Source of the DNA: Bacillota bacterium
Lineage (GTDB): Bacteria > Bacillota > DTU025
Assembly (NCBI GenBank): GCA_050951805.1
Contig: JBMNJT010000002.1
Location: forward strand, 800,001-864,000
Direction: 5' to 3'
DNA length: 64,000 nucleotides
Made by a program: the position numbers and the translations under genes. The notes beneath the pieces were generated by a model. It saw nothing but the letters and a program-made list of their open reading frames with translations, was not told where the DNA came from and made no database searches. This document shows, piece after piece, positions 47,448-57,337 of the stretch; within the stretch, counting starts at the first letter, position 1; the number at the start of each line of letters is the position of its first letter.

Positions 47448-48838
47448 TCCTGGCAGCTCTTGCTCCACATCCCCCAATAATCGTTCCGGGAGTGGGAGGG
47501 CGTGAGGCTGCAAAGGCTCAGAAGACCATCGATGCAATGGAGGAGTTGGCCAGGGAGTTCGCTGCAGCGAGGCCGGACACGGTGGTGGTGATCTCGCCTC
47601 ATGCTCCGGTATTTGCAGACGCTATAGCCATAGATGGTCGTCCGCATCTTTCAGGCGATCTGGCCCAATTCGGCGCCGATGTTGAGTTAGACTTTTACAG
47701 CAATCTAGAGCTTATGCAAGCCATCGAAGATGAAGCGCACGCCGCAGGTATTTCTGTGGCCGTACTTGAGCCGGCGCTTGCTAGGCGTTACAGGGTGCCG
47801 TCAGGGCTCGACCATGGCGCGGTTGTCCCACTGTATTTTCTCGCTAAGGAACATTATCCGTTCAGATTGGTTGCAGTATCGATGGGTGTGGGCGCATTGA
47901 ATGAGCTTTACACGTTCGGCATGTGCATGGCTTCTGCCATAGACAAGTCACAATACCGCGTTGCCGTGATTGCCAGCGGTGACCTGTCGCACCGGCTAAG
48001 CCCGGATGCACCGGCAGGATACGCCCCTGAAGGCAAGATCTTCGACGAGGCGGTAGTCGGCGCCCTTGGGGCCATGGACGTTGCAGCCCTAGCTCGGCTC
48101 GATGATGCACTAATCGAGGCTGCCGGCATGTGCGGCCTCAATCCGATTATCATGATGCTAGGATCGCTGGACGGTATTGAAGTGGAATCGGAAGTGCTCT
48201 CCTATGAGGGTCCTTTTGGGGTAGGGTATGCTGTCGTTGCCCTGCGCCCAAAGGGTAGATCAGAGGAAGCCCGCCGTTTCCATGAGCTTGTTGAAGGCGG
48301 AAAAGAGAAAACGAGGAAGCTGAGGCACTCGGAGTCAGCTTTTGCAGCATTGGCTAGGAGAGCTGTGGAGGCCTATGTTCGCAGAGGTGTAGTTGTGGAA
48401 CCTCCTGATCCGCTCCCTGAAGGCATGCAGGGGAGGGCGGGCGTGTTCTGCACGCTCCACAAAAGGGGCCAGCTGCGCGGCTGTATAGGGACTACAGAGC
48501 CGACGCGCCGGAACATTGCAGAGGAAATCATCTTCAATGCCATAGCCGCGGCTGTGCGCGATCCTCGTTTCGAGCCGGTTGCTCCTCACGAGTTGGATGA
48601 CATTGTATACTCTGTGGACGTTCTTTCCCCTCCGGAACCTGTCTCCGGTCCTGAGGAACTGGATCCCCAAAGATATGGAGTCATTGTGAGGAATGGGGGA
48701 CGGGTGGGGCTTCTCCTTCCAAACCTCGAGGGGATTAACACAGTAGAGGAGCAGATCTCTATTGCGCGGCGTAAGGCCGGTATAGGTCTGAATGCGCCTG
48801 TAGAACTTGAGCGGTTTGAGGTGACTAGATACGAATAG
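47435..48838 (+). CDS. amrA: AmmeMemoRadiSam protein A (LigB/Memo-like plus AMMECR1 fusion)
   Basis: PHPP, SPH, LDHG, SGDLSH, YEGPFGVGY; GVFCTL..LRGCIGT..DPRF..GLLLP. Confidence 0.92.
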   Translation: MGELVLAALAPHPPIIVPGVGGREAAKAQKTIDAMEELAREFAAARPDTVVVISPHAPVFADAIAIDGRPHLSGDLAQFGADVELDFYSNLELMQAIEDEAHAAGISVAVLEPALARRYRVPSGLDHGAVVPLYFLAKEHYPFRLVAVSMGVGALNELYTFGMCMASAIDKSQYRVAVIASGDLSHRLSPDAPAGYAPEGKIFDEAVVGALGAMDVAALARLDDALIEAAGMCGLNPIIMMLGSLDGIEVESEVLSYEGPFGVGYAVVALRPKGRSEEARRFHELVEGGKEKTRKLRHSESAFAALARRAVEAYVRRGVVVEPPDPLPEGMQGRAGVFCTLHKRGQLRGCIGTTEPTRRNIAEEIIFNAIAAAVRDPRFEPVAPHELDDIVYSVDVLSPPEPVSGPEELDPQRYGVIVRNGGRVGLLLPNLEGINTVEEQISIARRKAGIGLNAPVELERFEVTRYE

Positions 48839-48845
48839 AGAGGCT

Positions 48846-49853
48846 ATGCATGTCAGGGTAGAAGATTCGCTCGGTATTTGTGAGCTGTGTCCCCGTAGAT
48901 GCAAGCTTCAAGAGGGTGCAACGGGAGCATGCCGGGTTCGGACCATGATCGGGGGACGGATCATTCCGAAGAACTACGGCGCTATCACTTCTATGGCGAT
49001 AGACCCTATAGAGAAGAAGCCTCTGTATCATTTCATGCCAGGCTCGGGAGTCTTGTCTGTGGGGACGTTCGGTTGCAACCTGTCATGTAGATACTGCCAA
49101 AACTGGGCAATATCGCAACGACACGCAGAATCCAGATTCTTTACTCCCGACCAGTTGGCGGACTTGGCAGAAAGCATGCGGGAGCAGTCAGTTGGTGTTG
49201 CTTACACCTACTCTGAGCCTTTCGTTTGGTACGAATTTGTGTATGATTGCGCTAAACTCGTGCACGAGATCGGGCTTTCCAATATCCTCGTCACAAACGG
49301 CTACATCAACCCTGAGCCATTGGCGGGAATATTGCCTTACGTTGATGCGATCAATGTCGATCTCAAAGGATACGATGATGAGTATTACCGGAAAGTGTGC
49401 GGAGGAACTCTCGCGCCGGTAATCTCAACGATTCGTGCTGTGTACGAATCAGGTTGCCATCTCGAATTGACTACGCTGGTAGTGCCAGGCTATAACGATT
49501 CTCCAGAAGAGATGGAACAACTTGCTTCGTGGGTTGCAAGCCTTTCGCCGGAGATTCCGTTGCACATATCGAGGTATTTTCCTAGCTATAGGATGAACGA
49601 GCCGCCAACGCCCATGGCAACAATGGAGAAATGTGTGGAGGTGGCCAAGAGACGACTGAATTATGTGTATGTAGGGAATGCCAGCATCCCTGGCGGCAGC
49701 GATACGGTCTGCCCCAACTGCGGAGAGTTACTAATAGAGAGGCGCGGATTCGCCTGTGTCACTGTTCGACTTGAAGGAGTCTCGTGTCCCAAATGTGGCC
49801 ACAAGATTCCTGTTAGGCTTGCTGGGGGCGAGAGCGCCGGAAACAAATATTGA
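48846..49853 (+). CDS. amrS: AmmeMemoRadiSam radical SAM enzyme
   Basis: CELCPRRC, DPIEKKPLYHF, GCNLSCRYCQN (CxxxCxxC), C-terminal CPNC/CPKC. Confidence 0.95.
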   Translation: MHVRVEDSLGICELCPRRCKLQEGATGACRVRTMIGGRIIPKNYGAITSMAIDPIEKKPLYHFMPGSGVLSVGTFGCNLSCRYCQNWAISQRHAESRFFTPDQLADLAESMREQSVGVAYTYSEPFVWYEFVYDCAKLVHEIGLSNILVTNGYINPEPLAGILPYVDAINVDLKGYDDEYYRKVCGGTLAPVISTIRAVYESGCHLELTTLVVPGYNDSPEEMEQLASWVASLSPEIPLHISRYFPSYRMNEPPTPMATMEKCVEVAKRRLNYVYVGNASIPGGSDTVCPNCGELLIERRGFACVTVRLEGVSCPKCGHKIPVRLAGGESAGNKY

Positions 49854-49866
49854 AGGCGGTGGAAAG

Positions 49867-50835
49867 ATGACAAAGGCTCATCAACTACTCTACGACGAGC
49901 TTGGGCGCAGCTTTTCAGGGAAGGACTTCCTATCAATTCATGATTTCACTAGTGAGCAGATAATGCGGGTCATGGAATTGTCGGCGCTTCTCAAGGCAGA
50001 GCAGAAGGCGGGGGTGCGCCATCATCTCCTCGAGGGAAAGACGTTAGGCATGATATTCTTGAAACCATCGACGCGAACGAGGGTCTCGTTTGAGACGGCC
50101 ATATGGCAGCTGGGCGGTTATGGCCTTTTTCTCAGTTCAAACGATCTTCAGATCAAGCGGGGTGAACCTGTGCCTGACACAGCGCGGGTGTTGTCGCGCT
50201 ACCTTGACGCCATAATGATCAGGACTTTTGGCCACGATGAAGTTGTTGAATTGGCTGAATGGGCATCCATTCCCGTCATCAATGGACTTACCGACTTGCT
50301 CCATCCGTGCCAGGTGATGGCCGATGTGTTTACCGGAATCGAAAGATTTGGGGATCTCAGAGGCCGCAAGCTTACGTATATAGGCGATGGAAACAATATG
50401 GTTCATTCCTTGATGTACGCCGGCGCCAAACTGGGGATGCATGTTACGTGCGCATGCCCCGATCAATACCAGCCCGATGCTGCCGTAATGGAGGCTGCAA
50501 AGGCCGATGCAGTTGCCACCGGTGCTAGGCTCGAGGTTGTGCGCGATCCGAAGGAGGCGGCTCGAGGAGCCGATATCCTATATACGGATGTATGGGCGAG
50601 CATGGGGATGGAAGCGGAGCAGGAAAAGAGAAAGAAGGACTTCCAAGGATACTGCATCGATCAGGAAATTGTGGATGCAGCCAATCCTGATTGTATTGTG
50701 CTGCACTGCCTTCCTGCACACCGTGGCGAGGAGATCACCCATGAGGTTATGGAGGGGTCTCATTCGGCTATTTGGGACGAAGCCGAAAACAGATTGCACG
50801 TTCAGAAAGCCATACTTGCGTTGGTTATGAGCTGA
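49867..50835 (+). CDS. argF: Ornithine carbamoyltransferase
   Basis: PSTRTR, HPCQ, GDGNN, DVWASMG, HCLP, AENR. Confidence 0.97.
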   Translation: MTKAHQLLYDELGRSFSGKDFLSIHDFTSEQIMRVMELSALLKAEQKAGVRHHLLEGKTLGMIFLKPSTRTRVSFETAIWQLGGYGLFLSSNDLQIKRGEPVPDTARVLSRYLDAIMIRTFGHDEVVELAEWASIPVINGLTDLLHPCQVMADVFTGIERFGDLRGRKLTYIGDGNNMVHSLMYAGAKLGMHVTCACPDQYQPDAAVMEAAKADAVATGARLEVVRDPKEAARGADILYTDVWASMGMEAEQEKRKKDFQGYCIDQEIVDAANPDCIVLHCLPAHRGEEITHEVMEGSHSAIWDEAENRLHVQKAILALVMS

Positions 50836-50858
50836 TCTGGTGTTTGAGAAGGATAATC

Positions 50859-50899
50859 GGGGCGCGGATCCCTATCGCCGTAGCAGGGGTCCGCGCTTT
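50859..50899 (+). terminator. Terminator after argF
   Basis: gcgcggatccct...aggggtccgcgc followed by TTT. Confidence 0.65.
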
Positions 50900-51931
50900 G
50901 TCGTAGGGGCGAGACCGTGGCGGCCCGGGTTGGATAGGGCGCTCCAAACGAGATAGGGTGGGACGGCTGCAGAAAACCGTGCTGACGCTGGGTAGGGGTC
51001 AGGCCCATCTTTCGTTGCAGGCGAAACGACCCGTGGAGCATTTGAGCACCCCCAAATGGCTGTAGCCCGACAGGTGGGATGCGAGTGTGGCGATAGCGCA
51101 AAACTTGACCAGGGGTTGCCTTCAGATCGTATGATTGGCTTGCGCCGATTCTAAGGCCAAAGAACCGGTACAACGCTGCCTTTCTGGTCAACCGGACGCT
51201 CAGCCCTTTTCATTATTTGCAGAACGCACAGGCCCTGCTGCATGTTCTCTTCCTCAAGGTATTTCCGAGATCATCGACACTTGCTTCAAAGATTGACGAT
51301 TTCCAGCTACGTCTTTGCTCCGTCAGCGTAACGGCAATTGTGCCATATTCCCCAGCGCTGCAACAGGAGACCAGGCGGTGCCGAGCAATTCCCGAGTATC
51401 CTCTGCGTGGCCAAGGAGTCTTTGTTGCGTATGGCTCAGACCCTAGCTGCCGAAGAGGGGTCAAGCACTTTTTGAGCCTTGTTTTTACCAGCTGACGCGA
51501 AGAATTTTGCCAATACGCAGCAATATATGTCCCAGATACCTCCGTACCCACAACTTACACCTGTTCAAACCCGCCTTTACCTGCAGGAACAACGCTCACA
51601 AACTAGAATTGATATTGCAGAACAGGCGATGATGCCGAGGCGAATACCGCGACCCCGCCTGTTCGCGACCGCAATATGATGCCTTTGCCATGGTGAGGGG
51701 CGAGAAAGGAGGTGCACCCCCGATAGCTCGAAAGCCCATGTTCCAGGGCGCCATACTAAGCAGCAACGCTGTGTATGCAGAGGAAGGCAACATGGACACT
51801 TCCCCGGCTAACAGCGAGACGCAGCACACATCGGAGCAACTATATGTGCCACAACAATGAGACGCAGCTATAGACGAACACATCATAACAGCAAATGCGG
51901 CACTATACGAAGTAACCAAGGGGGAACAAAC

Positions 51932-53254
51932 ATGAAAAAGCTTGCAGTGATACTTGCAGCAGCTATGATTGCAACCGTGGCACTGCCTGTCGCAGCCGCG
52001 AACGTCAGTGTCGGCGGGAAGCTCGACAGCAAGATGATGTATGACTTTGGCGCCGATACTCCCAGCGCCGAGACGAATCTCAAACTCAACTTGAACGTTG
52101 GGCCCATAGGCAGCCAGACTATCACCGGCGTGATTGAATTCAATCCGTGGCTGATAGCTGAGAAGAACGGCTGTGGCATGGCGCCTAAGCCCGTAGAGAA
52201 CGGTGATCCAGTACCGGGAGCGATAAGAAGGGCGTATCTCGAGGCAGTCGGTCCTTACTGGACTGATGGTCCAGCTGTAACAAGCAGGCTTGGAGATCTG
52301 GAACTTGCATACTCTCCGTTCATACTCTCTACGGAGGCTCTGAACGGGATGTCAGTTTCTGGCATTGCTTACGGACCTGTCGAGGCTGGCGTGTTCCACG
52401 GATTCGACAAGGGAATCCGCGCCAGGGGCGCTCGCGTAGCGGCTGGAGTAGCCAACGTGGCTGTTGATGCTTCAGCAGTGAAGGTCGGAGACGATGAACT
52501 GGATTACGCAGCCTACGCCATTGCGACGCCGATTCCGGGCCTCGCGCTTGACGCAACCTATGCTGCACAGACCAATACGAAGGCAGCGGCAATCAGGGCC
52601 AATGCGGCCGCTAAGGTTCCATATCTTCCGCTGGATGTGATAGCCACGGCTGGTTATCGCAGCACAGACCTTGCCTTCAATCCCACTTACAGGTGGATGG
52701 AAGAGGGCAACCCAGTCGACGGTGAGCAGGGGAAAGCCGCTGTCACCGCTGGCCTTGCCACATCATACGCCGGATTCGACGTGGCTCTTAACGGCGAGAT
52801 TCTCGGCGATGACGACGACGGCAAGCTCGATGACGGGCGTTCCATCGGCGCCACGGTAGGAACTGCTATCTCGGGGTTCGATCTTACAGCCGGCCACAAG
52901 GTGACACAGACCATGGGAGAGAAGATCGAGACCCACAACACCACTACGCTCGGCATAGCCATGAAAGAGCGCGAGGTGCTGCCCAATATGCTGATAAGCG
53001 CCAGCTATAATGCAGCGATGCCTGATTTTTCACTTGCGGAAACCAGGCATATTGCGAAAGCCTCTGTGGACGCAGATGTTTCAGTGTTGAAGGGCATAAA
53101 GGTGTCGGCACTGTACGATACGAAGCCTGCGACTGGAAAGCCTGGGCGCGAGTTGGGCATCGAGTATGGCGCGCCATGCGGTGTCAAGCTCGGCTACTCG
53201 TGCAACGACCTCAACACCAACATGGTCTACGCCGGTATGGAAGTGGAGTTCTAG
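51932..53254 (+). CDS. Secreted porin-like outer-membrane beta-barrel protein
   Basis: MKK signal peptide (AxA site), alternating amphipathic beta-strands throughout, C-terminal YAGMEVEF with terminal Phe. Confidence 0.65.
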   Translation: MKKLAVILAAAMIATVALPVAAANVSVGGKLDSKMMYDFGADTPSAETNLKLNLNVGPIGSQTITGVIEFNPWLIAEKNGCGMAPKPVENGDPVPGAIRRAYLEAVGPYWTDGPAVTSRLGDLELAYSPFILSTEALNGMSVSGIAYGPVEAGVFHGFDKGIRARGARVAAGVANVAVDASAVKVGDDELDYAAYAIATPIPGLALDATYAAQTNTKAAAIRANAAAKVPYLPLDVIATAGYRSTDLAFNPTYRWMEEGNPVDGEQGKAAVTAGLATSYAGFDVALNGEILGDDDDGKLDDGRSIGATVGTAISGFDLTAGHKVTQTMGEKIETHNTTTLGIAMKEREVLPNMLISASYNAAMPDFSLAETRHIAKASVDADVSVLKGIKVSALYDTKPATGKPGRELGIEYGAPCGVKLGYSCNDLNTNMVYAGMEVEF

Positions 53255-53307
53255 TATCGATCACCGGCAAGCTTCGTGATCCGCGGACTGCGCGGAATCA
53301 CTGAAGA

Positions 53308-53725
53308 ATCGAGTAGGGGGGCGGTCTGTCCGCCCTCCTCCCTCGCCGGATAAGCTTGAGCAGTCTCTTGTCCATCGCTCTGCGAAATCAACATCCGTAT
53401 TTACAACCCCATGTGTATCCCTTTGCTTTTGGCCCGTTCAATGGCGCGGAAGCCGTAGCTTGAATCTGAGGCCTCCGGGCTGAAGGCGGATGTAAGAATC
53501 TAGTGAATAGGCTGGTCCAAAACCGTTGGGACGCCAAACAGCATAAAACTCCTGTAGTCTCTCCAGAGTCATTCCATCCACTTTGGGAGTGCTGCAAAGA
53601 TGTTCTGCTGATCTACGATCAATCCCATCAGCGGATGCCCTGCTTGTCCGCGGGAGTGCTCGTCGGGTTGTGCCGAAGAAACGCTCTGCTTCCCCATACC
53701 ATTGCGAACTCACCGTATCACTCGT
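53308..53725 (-). mobile_element. Internally deleted group II intron relic (RT fragments plus domain VI and 3' end)
   Basis: Minus strand: PKVDGMT, FGVPTVLD, SDSSYGFR, GYTW.VVNTD, MDKRLLKLIR, then GAGGAGGGCGG-ACAGA-CCGCCCCC-CTACTCGAT. Confidence 0.8.
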
Positions 53726-53734
53726 TTGCTCCTT

Positions 53735-54973
53735 TTATGGCATACGCAAGAGCTGGCCGGGGTATATGTCGCTGCTGATCATGGTATTTGCTGCGATTAT
53801 TGCCTCCACTGGAATGCCGAATGCTGCCGATATTGAGTGCAATGTGTCTCCTGGCTGAACGACATATTCGGATGCTCCGCTCTGAGCTCTCATCTGCGCG
53901 GCAGTCCGCGGACCTCCGGGTATGCGAAGTCTCTGTCCAACATATATGTTCGTGCTTGTCAGGTTGTTTGCAGACATAATTGCCTGAACTGTTGTGCCGA
54001 ATCTCCGGGCAATCAGGAAAAGCGTGTCGCCTGGCTGTACAACGTAATCTGTGCCGATTATGGGTGGAGCTCCTGTCGGTCCAGGCAAGAACAGAACTTG
54101 GCCTACTGAGATAATGTCGGTAGTCAAGTTGTTTGTCCGCCGTATTGCCTCCACTGTCGTGCCGAATCTACGGGCGATGAGATAGAGCGTGTCGCCGGAC
54201 CTTACAATATATGTTCCCGGGGCAGGGGTCGGAAAAGGGACTCCCGCGTCAATCACGACCGGGGTACCCACCGATACCTGGGTAAAAAGGGCTTCTACGT
54301 CCGGAGTATACATTCTGATGCAGCCATTAGAAACGGCATGTCCGATGGACTGTGGTTGATTTGTGCCGTGTATGCCGTGCCCCTGTCGAGTGAAGCCCAT
54401 CCATCTTGTGCCAAAAACCCCGCCGGGGTTGAGGGCTTTGTTCAATATGCTCCAGTTGCCCACGGGAGTTGGGGTTGCTGGTTTGCCTATGGCCACAGGA
54501 TACTGTGCCGACTCCCTTTCGCTCTGCAGGAGTGTGAGTCTGCGTTGGGATAGGCTGACATGGATTGATGGGCCCTGCCGACTCTTTGAGCTAGCGGAAA
54601 GGGCGAGCTCAGACCCGCCGTTTGTGGATTTGTCTTTATCTGCTGAAATACACATTCTGCCTGCGGAGGACCGATCGGAATATCCACGGTAATCCACAGT
54701 ATTGTCATAGCGAAGTGAGTCATCGGGACAGAATACCTCGTCCGGAAGGGGAAGGCCGTCAAAGAGGAGTCTCCACGTCTGGGCGTCTACGATCCCGGTT
54801 TCTGGCAGGCCCACACTAGCCTGGAATTGCTTTACTGCGAGTTCAGTTCGTATTCCGAACACGTTGTCCACTTCGCCCAAGGGGAAACCCTTGAAGGCGA
54901 GTTGTTCCTGGAGATTTCCCACGGGTATGGCTATCATCCCGCGCATAAGCACGAGCGGCTTGCGTTCATCCAA
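53735..54973 (-). CDS. PG-binding + L,D-transpeptidase (YkuD) + 3 LysM domain protein
   Basis: FQ...GL..TG.VD; YPVAIGK..TPTP; HGIHGT..IG..VSNGCIRM; three YxVxxGDTL LysM repeats. Confidence 0.92.
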   Translation of the reverse strand: MDERKPLVLMRGMIAIPVGNLQEQLAFKGFPLGEVDNVFGIRTELAVKQFQASVGLPETGIVDAQTWRLLFDGLPLPDEVFCPDDSLRYDNTVDYRGYSDRSSAGRMCISADKDKSTNGGSELALSASSKSRQGPSIHVSLSQRRLTLLQSERESAQYPVAIGKPATPTPVGNWSILNKALNPGGVFGTRWMGFTRQGHGIHGTNQPQSIGHAVSNGCIRMYTPDVEALFTQVSVGTPVVIDAGVPFPTPAPGTYIVRSGDTLYLIARRFGTTVEAIRRTNNLTTDIISVGQVLFLPGPTGAPPIIGTDYVVQPGDTLFLIARRFGTTVQAIMSANNLTSTNIYVGQRLRIPGGPRTAAQMRAQSGASEYVVQPGDTLHSISAAFGIPVEAIIAANTMISSDIYPGQLLRMP

Positions 54974-55117
54974 TTTCCATCACCGCCTATTGCCTTTCTG
55001 AGGTATTATACGCGCTCAGGCACAAATAGGTTGAAGGATTCCTGCGACGCTTGTTGAATATCAGAAGTTAGCAGGTGGGCTCATATGCCACCGATTAATA
55101 TAAAGGGAGGTTACACC

Positions 55118-56224
55118 ATGGCTGGTGTCACATTAGAGCATGTGACCAAGAAGTTCGGAAACGTAGTCGCAGTAAACGATGCAGACTTGGAGATCAAGGA
55201 CAAGGAATTCTTAGTGTTGGTTGGGCCTTCTGGATGCGGAAAATCGACCACCCTCCGAATGGTGGCGGGACTTGAGGAGATAACCTCGGGCAACATATAC
55301 ATCGGAGACACGCTGGTCAATGATATCCCTCCAAAAGACCGCGATATCGCAATGGTATTTCAGAACTACGCGCTCTACCCTCACATGGACGTCTACAACA
55401 ACATGGCTTTCGGCCTGAAGCTTCGCAAGTTTCCAAAAGAGCAGATTGACGAGAGAGTCAAAGATGCCGCGAGGATACTCGGCATAGAGAATCTCCTCGA
55501 TCGCAAGCCGAAGGCGCTCTCAGGAGGCCAGAGGCAGCGTGTGGCTGTGGGCCGCGCCATCGTCCGCGAGCCCAAGGTGTTTTTGATGGATGAACCGCTA
55601 TCCAACCTCGATGCGAAGCTCAGGGTCCAGATGAGGTCAGAGTTGTCAAAGCTCCATAACAGGCTGCAAACGACTATCATCTATGTGACGCACGACCAGA
55701 CTGAGGCCATGACCATGGGCGACCGCATAGTAGTTATGAAGGATGGTTTCATCAAGCAGGTCGGTGCGCCGCTGGAGATATATCAGTATCCAGACAACAT
55801 GTTCGTCGCAGGCTTTATTGGAAGCCCGGCGATGAACTTCATCCCTGGCGTTCTGCGCAAAAAGGGTGATGGTTACATCATGGATTGCGAGAGCTTCCAA
55901 ATAACGGTGCCAGGGAACAGGTTCAAGGATCTCGGCAAGTACGTTGACGAGAGAATGGTTCTTGGAATTCGTCCTGAGAATATCCAGGATGCGGATTTCG
56001 TGGAAGATGCGCCTGCAGACAGGACGGTCAAGTGCATGGTTGACGTGGTTGAGCCTATGGGCGCAGAGGCCTACCTGTATTTGACGGTGGGCCCGCATTC
56101 CTTTGTGGCAAGGGTCAACCCTCGGACAACGGCGCGAGACGGGGAACCGCATGCAGTCGTGTTGAATATGGAAGAGTGCCATCTCTTCGAAGCAAGCACG
56201 GAGAATGCCATCGCCATTAAGTAG
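55118..56224 (+). CDS. msmX: Sugar ABC transporter ATP-binding protein (MsmX/MalK/UgpC)
   Basis: GPSGCGKST, VFQNYALYPH, LSGGQRQR, DEPLSNLDAKLR, C-terminal TOBE domain. Confidence 0.93.
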   Translation: MAGVTLEHVTKKFGNVVAVNDADLEIKDKEFLVLVGPSGCGKSTTLRMVAGLEEITSGNIYIGDTLVNDIPPKDRDIAMVFQNYALYPHMDVYNNMAFGLKLRKFPKEQIDERVKDAARILGIENLLDRKPKALSGGQRQRVAVGRAIVREPKVFLMDEPLSNLDAKLRVQMRSELSKLHNRLQTTIIYVTHDQTEAMTMGDRIVVMKDGFIKQVGAPLEIYQYPDNMFVAGFIGSPAMNFIPGVLRKKGDGYIMDCESFQITVPGNRFKDLGKYVDERMVLGIRPENIQDADFVEDAPADRTVKCMVDVVEPMGAEAYLYLTVGPHSFVARVNPRTTARDGEPHAVVLNMEECHLFEASTENAIAIK

Positions 56225-56238
56225 ACATGGGGATAATA

Positions 56239-56267
56239 ATGCCGGGGCCTCTCTTTGGCCCCGGCAT
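56239..56267 (+). terminator. Hairpin after msmX
   Basis: atgccggggcc-tctcttt-ggccccggcat. Confidence 0.6.
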
Positions 56268-56305
56268 GCTATTGTACGGACTGATATTGGACAGGGGGCG
56301 CTGAA

Positions 56306-57298
56306 ATGAAGAACAAGATTGAGCATGGAAAACGCCATTTCATCGGTGTAGATTTGGGCGGCACAAAGATCGCTTCGGTGCTGGTCAATGAGGATAACCT
56401 TCCGCTAGCCAATGTTCAGATGCCAACATGTCCCGAAGAGGGGCAGGATGCTGTAATGGAGAGGATTATCGCTTCAATTAGCGAGCTTGCGTCGAAACTT
56501 CCAGGGGGAATCGATGATGTTGAAGCCATAGGCATTGGGTCGCCAGGCCCTCTTGATAAGGAATTGGGTATGGTAGTGGATGCGCCAAACCTCAAATGGA
56601 AAGATGTCCCAGTCACATCAACGATACATGTTGCGACCGGACTTCCGGTATATCTCGAAAACGATGCCAATGTGGCCGCACTGGCTGAGAACCGTATGGG
56701 AGTGGGCCGCGGGACGAAGAACATGGTCTACATAACGGTGAGCACTGGTATTGGAAGCGGACTTATCCTCGATGGCAGACTTTATTCGGGAACCACGGGC
56801 GGTGCAGGCGAACTAGGTCACGTTACCGTGGTGCCTGACGGTCCTATGTGCGGGTGCGGCAACAGAGGTTGTCTTGAGTCCTTGGCTTCGGGGACAGCGA
56901 TTGCCAAGCGTGCGCGGGAGGCAGCTACCCGTACCGCTGGCAGCGGAATTCTTTCGGCAGCCGGTGGCAAGATCGACAATATCGATGCGGTACTCGTGTC
57001 CTCTTGTGCTGAAGCAGGAGATCCTATGGCGACAGCAATATTGCGGAACGCTTTCGAATATCTTGGTATTGTGGTCGCGAATATGGTGAATTTGCTCAAC
57101 GTGGAGATGGTGGTTATCGGCGGGGGGGTATCCCAGATAGGCGGCATGCTTTTCGACACGGTCAGACGGGTAGTGGATTTGCGCGCTTTTCCGTTCATGG
57201 CTAAAGATGCCAAGATCGTTCCTGCTGCTTTAGGGGTAGATGCGGGGATGTTGGGCGCGGCGTGCTACGCCATGGAGAAGCAGTCTGGGGAAGATTGA
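56306..57298 (+). CDS. ROK-family glucokinase
   Basis: GVDLGGT, ENDANVAALAE, STGIGSG, GELGH, CGCGNRGCLE. Confidence 0.92.
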   Translation: MKNKIEHGKRHFIGVDLGGTKIASVLVNEDNLPLANVQMPTCPEEGQDAVMERIIASISELASKLPGGIDDVEAIGIGSPGPLDKELGMVVDAPNLKWKDVPVTSTIHVATGLPVYLENDANVAALAENRMGVGRGTKNMVYITVSTGIGSGLILDGRLYSGTTGGAGELGHVTVVPDGPMCGCGNRGCLESLASGTAIAKRAREAATRTAGSGILSAAGGKIDNIDAVLVSSCAEAGDPMATAILRNAFEYLGIVVANMVNLLNVEMVVIGGGVSQIGGMLFDTVRRVVDLRAFPFMAKDAKIVPAALGVDAGMLGAACYAMEKQSGED

Positions 57299-57337
57299 GC
57301 CCAGAGCGGTAGGATATGATTATCCGGGGGGAAGACT

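Noticed and set aside
51213-51551. 112-aa ORF or possible YjbQ-like fragment
   Set aside because: Only faint similarity (EIVNL..QGLCVL) across stops and frameshifts; too weak to call.
53311-53340. Hairpin as a plain terminator of the porin-like gene
   Set aside because: On the minus strand it reads as intron domain VI followed by CTACTCGAT, so it was reassigned to the intron relic.
53740-54215. Repeated DNA segments
   Set aside because: Explained by three LysM domains.
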